Shown: positions 1 to 7,238 of the stretch, piece after piece | Numbering within the stretch: the stretch's first letter is position 1 | Layout of the letters: each line of letters opens with the position of its first letter | Assembly: GCF_001598795.1 (NCBI RefSeq) | Contig: NZ_BCZP01000009.1 | Coordinates: 60,001 to 92,000 of the forward strand | From: Delftia acidovorans NBRC 14950 | Lineage (GTDB): Bacteria; Pseudomonadota; Gammaproteobacteria; Burkholderiales; Burkholderiaceae_C | Direction: 5' to 3' | Length of the DNA stretch: 32,000 nucleotides | The notes under the pieces: generated by a model | Told to the model about the DNA's origin: nothing | The model's input: only the letters and a program-made list of their open reading frames with translations | Databases searched by the model: none | Made by a program: the position numbers and the translations under genes

Positions 1-67
1 GGGTTTTCGTGCCCGCCAGAAGGGCTCGGACCATCGGCGCCGAAAACAGGATCGGTCGTTCTTTCAT
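1..67 (-). CDS. 5' end (22 codons) of a phage gene that continues beyond the left edge
   Basis: ATG at 67-65 is preceded by AAGGAGAG. ATGA overlap with the stop of the upstream gene. Translation MKERPILFSAPMVRALLAGTKT resembles an N-terminus I recall from prophage proteins (not searched). Confidence 0.5.
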   Translation of the reverse strand, partial: MKERPILFSAPMVRALLAGTKT

Positions 68-477
68 GTGCTCTCCTTGTGCCCAGTGGGGCGCTGGAAC
101 AGAGACAGGGCATGGGCCTCGGCGCGCACTGCAGCGGCGGCCTCGGCGCCGTAGCCCCAGATGTCGCCGTTCTTGGGGTCCATCCGGCTCGGCGCGATGT
201 ATTCCGGGTGCAGCAGCTCGCCGCGCAGGATGTAGTGGTGCAGGGCCTCGACAAGGTTCTGCAAGGTGCCCCCGTGGGTGAAACCGCGCCAGCGGCCCCG
301 GTACGCCACATAGACCCGCGCGCCCCGGTACTCATCGATCAGCCAGACGCGGCCCCGGGCATCCAGTTCCAGACGCGCGATGGCGCCGGATTCGCGGTTG
401 TGGAAGAAGCGGCGGCCGTGCCGGCTGATGATCTCTATCAGGGCATTGGCATGCCCCAGGCGTTCGGCTTTACTCAT
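64..477 (-). CDS. hypothetical phage early protein (137 aa)
   Basis: Complete ORF with high GC3. Start overlaps the stop of the upstream gene (ATGAGTAA) and the stop overlaps the next start (ATGA). Confidence 0.7.
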   Translation of the reverse strand: MSKAERLGHANALIEIISRHGRRFFHNRESGAIARLELDARGRVWLIDEYRGARVYVAYRGRWRGFTHGGTLQNLVEALHHYILRGELLHPEYIAPSRMDPKNGDIWGYGAEAAAAVRAEAHALSLFQRPTGHKEST

Positions 478-793
478 CGCTCGCCCCCTTGGCTGCTGCC
501 TGGGCTGCGCGACCCGCGTAGTAGCAGAGAGCTGTTGTCACCGGGAACGCGCCAGGGCCTGGTCCGCTCGCAGGTTCGTGCCAGTTGCTCCAGCCGCCAC
601 GGCGCGGCACGCAGCGCATGTAGCCATGCACCGGCGCCCCGATTTCATCGCCGTCCTCGCCGTCGCTGGCTCGCACCCACTCGTCGCGGACTGCCTGCGC
701 TCGGAAGGCTGCCAGTTCATGGTGCCCGCGCGACTTCAGGAAGGCCTCGTCGTCGTTGTAGAGCTTTTTGATTTCCAGCGGATGTTTGCTCAT
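470..793 (-). CDS. hypothetical phage early protein (107 aa)
   Basis: Complete ORF, translationally coupled on both sides (790-793 ATGA-type overlap with the upstream gene). No recognisable motif. Confidence 0.65.
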   Translation of the reverse strand: MSKHPLEIKKLYNDDEAFLKSRGHHELAAFRAQAVRDEWVRASDGEDGDEIGAPVHGYMRCVPRRGGWSNWHEPASGPGPGAFPVTTALCYYAGRAAQAAAKGASDE

Positions 794-2124
794 TGGTCAC
801 CGCCTTCCTTGGCCTGGGCTGCGGCCACCGTGTCGAGGTCCAGTGCGGACTGGTTCAGCACATGGAACTGCGTGCACTCCAAGTAGCCAGCCTGGGCCGC
901 GCGCAGCAGCAGGGCATAGTCCACATCTGTCTCGTTGCAGTCTGCGAACTCTTCCACCGCACGCTTGATCTCCAGCAGCTCGGCGTGGGTGAACGCATCC
1001 ACTGCAGGCGCAGCAGGTGCTGCCATGCCCAGCAGCATGGTCCACGCGCGCTCGTAGTCATCCCAGGATTCCTGGTTGTATTTGCCGGCCGATGCACGGC
1101 TGGAGCCGAGGCAGGTCTGCCGGTCCTTCAGGAATTGGGCGAGGCGCTGGGCCTCGGCGGGCGCAGCAGGTGCCTGGGGCGCTGCTGCCAGCGCGGCATG
1201 CCAGGCCTGTTTCGCCATCAGCTTGGACCGGCCATCGCCAGCGCGCTCCCACCACGCATCGAATCCAGGCGGGGCTGCAGGCGCTTCCAGGGCGGGCGCT
1301 GCGTCCAGCAGTCGGCGCAGAGCCCATTTGCCCTTGGCGCCAGGCAGCATGGCAGAGCCGGGTTGGTCGTCGGGCAGCTCGTCCAGCAGGTCCAGGGCCG
1401 CGTCCAGCTTCTCGAAGTCGGCGCGCTGCACCTGAATGAAGCTTGCGCCCTCGTCGCTGCTGTCATCGGCGGCATGGGACGCAGCCACGGCCACGGCGCA
1501 GAGGGCTTCGAGTGCCTGGCGCTCCACCAGGGCCAGGGCCGGCCCAGCCACAGCTGCAGGCTGCTCGGCGCGGGTCCAGACCACTGCAGCGTTCAGCTCC
1601 TCGCCCTGGCCGATCCAGCGCCCGTCCAGCACACGCTCGCGGCTCACGGTCGGCGGCACGGCAATCGCACAGCGGCGGCCATCCTTCTCGATGTACTGGG
1701 CACCATAGACCGGCAAGGCTTGGTCCATCGTCAGCAGGTTGTTCACCAGGTCGGCCACGGTGCGCGTGGGGCAGATCCACTGGCGCTCGCCCTGGGGCGC
1801 AACAGCGGCAGGAGCTGCCCCGGCGAGCTCGATGTGCGCGACGAACTGGTCGTGCAGGCGCGGCAGCTCACACCACGCGACGACGTTGCCGCTAACGCCC
1901 CAATGCTGCTCCTCGTGCTGGTTCATCTCGTACCAGCCAGCGGGGCAGAAGTATTCGTCTTTCTCCTCGCTGTATTCGCCCCATTCGGGATCGGCGTCAT
2001 CCCCTAGCGGTAGGGTGTGCTGGGCTGCCCACATGGCGCGCATTGGGATCTTCGCGCCCTCCAGCCAAGCGAGGACGTAGCGGCCAGATTTCGGGAGAGC
2101 CTCGGAGGTCTTGATGATCTTCAT
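790..2124 (-). CDS. modular phage protein with DUF551-like N-terminal domain (444 aa)
   Basis: N-terminal 90 aa (EALPKSGRYVLAW...CPAGWYEMNQ...VVAWCELPRL) fit the DUF551 pattern. The remainder is split by five Ala/Pro-rich linkers (AAPAAVAP, QPAAVAGPA, APALEAPAAPP, AAPQAPAAPA, AAPAAPAV). Confidence 0.75.
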   Translation of the reverse strand: MKIIKTSEALPKSGRYVLAWLEGAKIPMRAMWAAQHTLPLGDDADPEWGEYSEEKDEYFCPAGWYEMNQHEEQHWGVSGNVVAWCELPRLHDQFVAHIELAGAAPAAVAPQGERQWICPTRTVADLVNNLLTMDQALPVYGAQYIEKDGRRCAIAVPPTVSRERVLDGRWIGQGEELNAAVVWTRAEQPAAVAGPALALVERQALEALCAVAVAASHAADDSSDEGASFIQVQRADFEKLDAALDLLDELPDDQPGSAMLPGAKGKWALRRLLDAAPALEAPAAPPGFDAWWERAGDGRSKLMAKQAWHAALAAAPQAPAAPAEAQRLAQFLKDRQTCLGSSRASAGKYNQESWDDYERAWTMLLGMAAPAAPAVDAFTHAELLEIKRAVEEFADCNETDVDYALLLRAAQAGYLECTQFHVLNQSALDLDTVAAAQAKEGGDQ

Positions 2125-2235
2125 GGTGAGTCTTTCAGGAAGAGACGGGAGCCAGGCACCAGGCGCTGGCAGTGGTGTTGATGACGTGGCCTGCGCGCTG
2201 CAGCAGCGGGCACGCGGCCTGGGGTGGGGTCGGGG

Positions 2236-4350
2236 TCATGCAGCAACCCCGTAGATCAGGGCTTCGTGCGCGAAGTTGGCGCGGGCCAGGGCCTCGGCGA
2301 GCGGCGGGCAGACGCTGTTGCCGCACATGCGGACCTGCGCGGTCGTGCTCAGGTCGATGAGGGGCACGTCACGCGGGTCGCTGGCTTGCTTGCCATTGCG
2401 GAACAGCAGGGCCGGGTCAGGCACGCGCTCGAAGTGGTAGTCGCGCGGGAAGCCTTGGGCCCGGAACAGCTCGCGCGGCTTGAGCATGCGCAGCGTGATG
2501 TCCACCAGCACCCACCACTGGCCGGCGTGCCACATGAGCACCAGCTCGGCCGGATCGGGGAAGTGCTCGGGCAGGTGCTTGTGCAGCAGCTCGGCGCAGA
2601 GCCGGGCGCGCTCGGCATGCTCGGGCGCCAGCGTTGCTGCCGGCACCTGGCAGGTCTGCACCAGGCCCATGCGCGCCTTGGTGGGCACGGTGTGCATGGG
2701 CTCGCTGCAGGCGCTGTCCTGGCCGCCCTCGCTGTAGTACTTCACGAGGTAGGCGGTGATGAGCCGCTGCTGGGTGCCGCTGGATGTGACCGTGGACATC
2801 GGATCGCCCACGGCGCGCCCGTCGCCGTCATAAAACCCGCCGTTGGCCTGCTCCAGGCACGCGGCCACCATGGCCTGCTCGCCCCGGTGGGCGCCCGTCA
2901 CGGTGCGCAGCGGCTCGCGCGGGTCGTTTCCGGTGCGCTCGCCGTGGTGCGTGAGGTGGGTCAGGTGCACGGCAGCCAGCGCGCTGGTGCCGCCGCTGGC
3001 GGTCACGGTGTTGAGCGGCACCTCCAGGCTGCGGATGCCGTGGCTGAAGCGCTTGCCGCCGGCCGGGCCCTCGCCGTGGCCCATGTCCACCAGGTGCGCT
3101 GCCACCAGGGCATGGTGGCCGCCTGTTGTCACGGTGCGCAGTGGGCTGTCCGGTGCGGCGCCTGGGTGGCCGGTGGTGTTGGTCATGACCAGGTGGCCCT
3201 GCACCACGGCGCTCTTGATGCCACCGGCCACCACGGTCCCCAGTGGCGTCTCGATGTCCTGCACGCGCGGCTGCTGGCCCTCTCGCTCGCCGTAGCCGAT
3301 GGTGACCAAGTTGGCGCCCACCAGCGCGTGATGTGTGCCAGACGCGGCCACGGTGGACAGCGGTGCATCCACGGCATGGCCGACCAGGTGCTGCTCGGAC
3401 GTGCCGCGCATCGGGGCCATGACGGGCGCCATCACTGGCTGGGCCACAGCGCGGTGGTTCTGCGTGGTGACGGTGCCGATGGGGCGATCCGTGGGCGCCG
3501 GCCTGCCCGAATACACCGGGCCGCCGGCACCGACGATGAACGGGCTGGCACTGGTGAGCACATGGCGCCACAGGCCCTTCGCCACGCGGCGCATGGTGTT
3601 GTCCACCAGGGCGCGCTTGCGGCCGAACACGCTCTCGGCATGCAGGTCGAAGTCGATGCACTCGGCGGCCGTGCGGTGCGCGGCCAGCTTGCCAGCGATC
3701 ACGCGCCGGTCGGTGGGCTCTGCGTGGGTCTGCTCGGGCCAGACGATGGGCAGGCCGTCGCGGCGGGCCACGAGGAACAGGCGCTTGCGGATGGTGGGCG
3801 TGCCGTGGTCGCTGGCGCGCAGCTCGCGCCAGTCCACCTGGTAGCCGTGGGCCTTGAGCTGGCGCACGAACGACTGGAAGGTCTTGCCGCGGCGCGCGGG
3901 GTCCGGCCGGGCCATGCCATCGGGGCCCACAAGGATCGGGCCCCAGGTCTGGAACTCCTCCACGTTCTCGAGCATGAGCACGCGGGGCTTGCACATGGCC
4001 ACCCAGCGCATGCCCACCCAGGCCAGGCCCCGGATGTGCTTCGACACGGGCGTGCCGCCCTTGGCCTTCGAGAAGTGCTTGCAGTCGGGCGACAGCCAGA
4101 CCAGGGCCACGGGCTGATTGCCGGTGACCTGAATGGGGTTCACGTCCCAGACCGATTCGCACAGGTGCAGCGTGTGCGGGTGGTTGGCCGCGTGCATCGC
4201 CAAGGCTTCCGGGTCATGGTTGATGGCGATGTCCACGGGCCGACCGAACGCGGCCTCCAGCCCGGTGGACGTGCCGCCGCCGCCGGCAAAATTGTCAATG
4301 ATCAACTCGCCGGGGAAGGCCAGCGGCATGGTGAAGTTGTCGCGCTTCAT
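2236..4350 (-). CDS. DNA (cytosine-5)-methyltransferase with expanded variable region (704 aa)
   Basis: Motif I DNFAGGGGTSTG, motif IV WLSPDCKHFSKAKG (Asp-Cys instead of the usual Pro-Cys), motif VI MLENVEEF, motif VIII TIRKRLFLVA, motif IX QGFPRDY, motif X GNSVCPPLAEAL. GGAG lies 9-12 nt upstream of the ATG at 4350. Eight P-x-x-T-V repeats lie between motifs VIII and IX. Confidence 0.95.
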   Translation of the reverse strand: MKRDNFTMPLAFPGELIIDNFAGGGGTSTGLEAAFGRPVDIAINHDPEALAMHAANHPHTLHLCESVWDVNPIQVTGNQPVALVWLSPDCKHFSKAKGGTPVSKHIRGLAWVGMRWVAMCKPRVLMLENVEEFQTWGPILVGPDGMARPDPARRGKTFQSFVRQLKAHGYQVDWRELRASDHGTPTIRKRLFLVARRDGLPIVWPEQTHAEPTDRRVIAGKLAAHRTAAECIDFDLHAESVFGRKRALVDNTMRRVAKGLWRHVLTSASPFIVGAGGPVYSGRPAPTDRPIGTVTTQNHRAVAQPVMAPVMAPMRGTSEQHLVGHAVDAPLSTVAASGTHHALVGANLVTIGYGEREGQQPRVQDIETPLGTVVAGGIKSAVVQGHLVMTNTTGHPGAAPDSPLRTVTTGGHHALVAAHLVDMGHGEGPAGGKRFSHGIRSLEVPLNTVTASGGTSALAAVHLTHLTHHGERTGNDPREPLRTVTGAHRGEQAMVAACLEQANGGFYDGDGRAVGDPMSTVTSSGTQQRLITAYLVKYYSEGGQDSACSEPMHTVPTKARMGLVQTCQVPAATLAPEHAERARLCAELLHKHLPEHFPDPAELVLMWHAGQWWVLVDITLRMLKPRELFRAQGFPRDYHFERVPDPALLFRNGKQASDPRDVPLIDLSTTAQVRMCGNSVCPPLAEALARANFAHEALIYGVAA

Positions 4351-4370
4351 CGGTTGGGGCTCCAGAAACG

Positions 4371-4402
4371 AAAAAAGCCTGGCGGCATTACCCGGGCAGG
4401 CT
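4371..4402 (-). terminator. weak hairpin plus T6 in the methyltransferase 5' leader (possible attenuator)
   Basis: AGCCTG/CAGGCT 6-bp stem (4376-4381 / 4397-4402) with a 15-nt loop, followed on the minus strand by TTTTTT (4371-4376). It lies about 20 nt upstream of the MTase start. Confidence 0.3.
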
Positions 4403-4441
4403 TTGAGATGGGAAGGTGGGAATCCGCAGTGGCCCTAGTGG

Positions 4442-4469
4442 CTTATTGGCGGCGGCGGATGCCTGTCAA
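4442..4469 (-). promoter_or_regulatory. candidate sigma70 promoter for the methyltransferase
   Basis: Minus strand reads TTGACA (4469-4464), 16-nt spacer, AATAAG (4447-4442), with AT-rich sequence upstream. Confidence 0.4.
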
Positions 4470-4491
4470 GCAAATAAATGCGTTGAGGGGG

Positions 4492-4519
4492 TTGCAATCT
4501 GGGAAAAGGGTTGTATTAT
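4492..4519 (+). promoter_or_regulatory. candidate plus-strand sigma70 promoter in the AT-rich island
   Basis: TTGCAA (4492-4497), 16-nt spacer, TATTAT (4514-4519). It fires toward the hairpin at 4531. Confidence 0.4.
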
Positions 4520-4530
4520 TGACTTAAAGA

Positions 4531-4563
4531 GGCCGTCAGCAAATGTTGTTGACGGCCTTTTTT
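4531..4563 (+). terminator. intrinsic terminator (strong on plus strand, possibly weakly bidirectional)
   Basis: GGCCGTCAGCAA / TTGTTGACGGCC 12-bp stem (one G.U) with a 3-nt loop, followed by TTTTTT (4558-4563). On the minus strand the same stem is followed by TCTTTAAGT. Confidence 0.75.
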
Positions 4564-4617
4564 CGTCCATCAGTTTCTGATGGTATTGACAATAACTAAA
4601 ATAATAGAAAGATAAAA

Positions 4618-4863
4618 ATGACAAAAAAATCTAATAAAAACAACAATCTAACTTTTTCTTGCGGGCATGTTGCTCGCAGAGGGCGTGGTCGTTCCAACCG
4701 ATGCACCCGGGCCTTTTCCAAGGTACAAGCGGCCTATCGCATATTCAAATGGGGTCAAGATTTGGACTTGGACTTGGACTTGGACTTGGAGCATGGCGAC
4801 TCCAGCGGCTGGGGTGAATGGTTCGCTGAGAACGTCCTTGGCTTCTTTACTGGCGGTTTGTGA
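4618..4863 (+). CDS. doubtful orphan ORF (81 aa) containing the (LD)n-encoding hexamer repeat
   Basis: Only plus-strand ORF in the intergenic island. AT-rich 5' end, weak SD (AGAAAGA). The C-terminal half (GDSSGWGEWFAENVLGFFTGGL) looks protein-like. No homology recognised. Confidence 0.25.
   Translation: MTKKSNKNNNLTFSCGHVARRGRGRSNRCTRAFSKVQAAYRIFKWGQDLDLDLDLDLEHGDSSGWGEWFAENVLGFFTGGL
4762..4790. repeat. hexanucleotide microsatellite (TTGGAC) x 4.8
   Basis: Perfect tandem copies ttggac ttggac ttggac ttggac ttgga read directly from the sequence. Confidence 0.95.
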
Positions 4864-4901
4864 ATGCAGGACCTATTGCAGGCCCCGCATTTGCGTCTGC
4901 T

Positions 4902-5216
4902 TCAAGTGGCAGGCGAGACCTGGAACGGCGCGCGATCCTTACCGTTGATCCAGTTCGGCGGCTTGCCCCTGCCGGTCCAGGTGGCGCCGGTGGCGGGGTC
5001 ACGGTACTTCGGTGCGCCCACGCTGCCGGCCTTCTTTGCTTTTGATCCGGGAAAAAGCTCATCAGTCGTGATGCCGTGCTCATCAGCAAGTGAGCGGGCC
5101 TGCAGGGTGATCTCGCGGAGTTGCAGGATTGCTTGGGCGCGCTCTGCAGCCCGAGCGGCTGCAATCTGTGCATCGAGTTCTGCCCTCTTGGCCAGCAGTG
5201 TCTGGTAGTCGCTCAT
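4902..5216 (-). CDS. H-NS family nucleoid-associated protein (104 aa)
   Basis: N-terminal coiled coil (LLAKRAELDAQIAAARAAERAQAI) and C-terminal DNA-binding signature KYRDPATGATWTGRGKPPNW typical of betaproteobacterial H-NS/Bv3F-like proteins. SD AAAGGAAG. ATGA coupling to the upstream gene. Confidence 0.85.
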   Translation of the reverse strand: MSDYQTLLAKRAELDAQIAAARAAERAQAILQLREITLQARSLADEHGITTDELFPGSKAKKAGSVGAPKYRDPATGATWTGRGKPPNWINGKDRAPFQVSPAT

Positions 5217-5512
5217 TTCAGCTTCCTTTCTGTATCTGGAAAAACTTCAACCCTTCCGTCGGGGTAGTAGAGGCGCCCGCCGACGCGCGAGGGCAGTCGA
5301 TAGGCAGCCATGCGTTCTGGCGGGATGCCAGGGTTTGTTTTCAACTCGGCCCCTGTGTAAAGGTTGTCTTGTCGGCCCCATGGGTTGTGCCAGGGAGTGG
5401 TCGCAGCAAGCGATTCTTTTCGCTGTTGCAATTCGCTTGGGCGGAGCACTTGTGGCACCTTTCCACCCACGGTGAATGCACTGTCAGGAGATGGTGTTTT
5501 TCGGTTTGCCAT
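5213..5512 (-). CDS. hypothetical protein (99 aa; start uncertain)
   Basis: Coding-like C-terminal part of ORF 5213-5686. The internal ATG at 5512 was chosen because the upstream part overlaps the better-supported gene 5484-5702. No clear SD. Confidence 0.5.
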   Translation of the reverse strand: MANRKTPSPDSAFTVGGKVPQVLRPSELQQRKESLAATTPWHNPWGRQDNLYTGAELKTNPGIPPERMAAYRLPSRVGGRLYYPDGRVEVFPDTERKLK

Positions 5513-5702
5513 GGTTGGGGAGGGGCATGCAGAGGTTGTAGATGGCCAGCCAGTGCATTGCGCGGTGGCTGTGGAACGGGTAGCGGCAGCCTTCATTCGG
5601 CGTCTGGCCAGCGGCATGGGCTTCCCGTGCCTCGCGTTCAATGACCGCCTTGGGGACACTGGTTGTCCAGGTGCCGCATTGGTCAACGATGGGGTCAGCC
5701 AT
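5484..5702 (-). CDS. hypothetical small protein (72 aa)
   Basis: ATG at 5702 is preceded by AAGGAGGA and overlaps the stop of the upstream gene (5695-5702). Confidence 0.65.
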   Translation of the reverse strand: MADPIVDQCGTWTTSVPKAVIEREAREAHAAGQTPNEGCRYPFHSHRAMHWLAIYNLCMPLPNHGKPKNTIS

Positions 5703-6027
5703 GGGTATCCTCCTTCGAGCGTGGCGGCACCAATGCAGCGCAGACCATATGGGCGTGCACCTCACTCCTGGGCGGCCTGCAATGCAGGGTGTGCACCTGG
5801 GCGCGCTCCAGTTCCACAACGAGTGCGGCACCTGGAACCAGGTGCACCCGGTTCTCATGCCAAAAGCGCTGGGCGGCGTTGCCCGTCCAGGTGACGCGCC
5901 AGGGCTCAACGCGATGGGGGCCGAGGCGGTCATACAGCAGTAGCTGTAGCTGGAAGGCCCCGCACGCCGCGTGGGTCGCCTGGGGCGGTGTGCGGCTCAA
6001 AAAGACGGTGCCGGTGTGGTTCATCAT
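5695..6027 (-). CDS. hypothetical protein (110 aa)
   Basis: ATGATG at 6027-6022 is preceded by GGAGG. ATGA overlap with the upstream Zn-ribbon gene. Confidence 0.65.
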   Translation of the reverse strand: MMNHTGTVFLSRTPPQATHAACGAFQLQLLLYDRLGPHRVEPWRVTWTGNAAQRFWHENRVHLVPGAALVVELERAQVHTLHCRPPRSEVHAHMVCAALVPPRSKEDTHG

Positions 6028-6236
6028 TGCCTCCGTTCGGCTGGTTGCCCTGTGCTCGGTGCGGCTGCAGGGGGTGGTAGACGATCCAGGCGGACGGAAC
6101 AATCAGCGCAGACATGGCAGGCGCGGAAACGGCGCGAGCCAGCGGCGGGCTTTTCTTGTTCGCACTGGATGCAGAAGATGGCTTCGGCCAGGTCATGGAG
6201 CCGCATGGGCTCTCGGCCTTTCTTTGGACTGCGCAT
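6024..6236 (-). CDS. small CxxC...CxxC zinc-ribbon-like protein (70 aa)
   Basis: ATG at 6236 is preceded by GGAAAGGAG. Two Cys pairs are present (CIQC and CHVCADC). Confidence 0.6.
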   Translation of the reverse strand: MRSPKKGREPMRLHDLAEAIFCIQCEQEKPAAGSRRFRACHVCADCSVRLDRLPPPAAAPSTGQPAERRQ

Positions 6237-6323
6237 GGCGCTCCTTTCCGGTGGTGCATCAGGCCAGCGCCCTGGCTGCAAGGCGCTGGGCTGATGGCCC
6301 TCGCATGGGGCGAGGGCGCGAGG

Positions 6324-7163
6324 TCAGGCCTTGGTGTAGGTGCCGATGAGGACCGGCGAAGTGTTTTCAACTGCCGTGCGGATGAGCGTGGCGAACTCGT
6401 TGGCCATCTGCTCCACCTGCTCCTCAAAAGCGGCCGGGCGCAGGATCAGCCGTGGCTTGTCATCCAGCAGCACGCTCAGCCGCAGCGAGAACGTGCGCGT
6501 CTGCAGGTCCGGGTAGGGCGTGCAGGTGAAGAGCAGGTGTGTGGGCAGCGTGTGGCTGCTGCTGGCCCGCGCCCTCTCCAGCACGGATTGCTCGGTGCTC
6601 AGGGCCTGCACATTGCTCTGAGCCTTCTTCATTGCCTCGACGGAAATGTCGCGGACTGCCGAGACCGCCTTGCGTACTTCCAGGGGCACACCATCGCTTT
6701 GCGCCTGCAGGAAAAGGGACCAGTCTTCGAGCCATTCGGCCATGTCCTTCTGGCTCTGTTGGCGGTTGATGATGGCGAGCAGCGCGGCGTAGGCTGCCGT
6801 GGCTCCTGGCTTGAGGATGGCTGTGTGCGCGCAGTGGCCGGGCTCGGTGGGCGTGCCCAGGTCCAGCACTGCCGTGGCGGTCATGGCCTCCGCATTCACG
6901 AAGACTGTGCAGCCCTCATCGCGGTGGCTGGCCATGTATGTCACGAAGTCGTTGATGTACGGCGAGACCATCTTGCCGGCGGCGCGGCGCCGGGCTGGCA
7001 GGTAGGCCTCCAGGTCGTGGACCTTGAACTGCTCAGGCAGGGCCAGGGCGCCGCTGTGCGTGCTCAGCGCGGCGGAGAGGGCGGCCTCGGCTTGGTCGAT
7101 GTCCTTCTCAGGCGCGCCCAGGGCGTGAGCGTTGGCGTGCAGGGCGGTGGAAGTGCTGTTCAT
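6324..7163 (-). CDS. DUF2303 / YfdQ-like phage protein (279 aa)
   Basis: Complete ORF with good codon bias. Size and the segment HDLEAYLPARRRAAGKM recall the Rac-prophage YfdQ family (from memory, not searched). Confidence 0.55.
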   Translation of the reverse strand: MNSTSTALHANAHALGAPEKDIDQAEAALSAALSTHSGALALPEQFKVHDLEAYLPARRRAAGKMVSPYINDFVTYMASHRDEGCTVFVNAEAMTATAVLDLGTPTEPGHCAHTAILKPGATAAYAALLAIINRQQSQKDMAEWLEDWSLFLQAQSDGVPLEVRKAVSAVRDISVEAMKKAQSNVQALSTEQSVLERARASSSHTLPTHLLFTCTPYPDLQTRTFSLRLSVLLDDKPRLILRPAAFEEQVEQMANEFATLIRTAVENTSPVLIGTYTKA

Positions 7164-7184
7164 TGATATCTTTCAGGTACGGTT

Positions 7185-7214
7185 GAAAAGAAGCGGCCCG
7201 CAAGTGGCGGGCCG
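7185..7214 (-). terminator. intrinsic terminator / inter-cistronic hairpin
   Basis: CGGCCCGC / GCGGGCCG 8-bp GC stem (7194-7201 / 7207-7214), followed on the minus strand by CTTCTTTT. It lies just downstream of gene 7239-7607. Confidence 0.6.
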
Positions 7215-7238
7215 TTCAGTAGGGATGGGTGGTGCGGG

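Noticed and set aside
2224-4527. 767-aa plus-strand ORF
   Set aside because: It is exactly antisense to the methyltransferase, which has all catalytic motifs. The translation is low-complexity (A/G/R/H/V-rich) with no motifs, which is typical of a high-GC shadow ORF.
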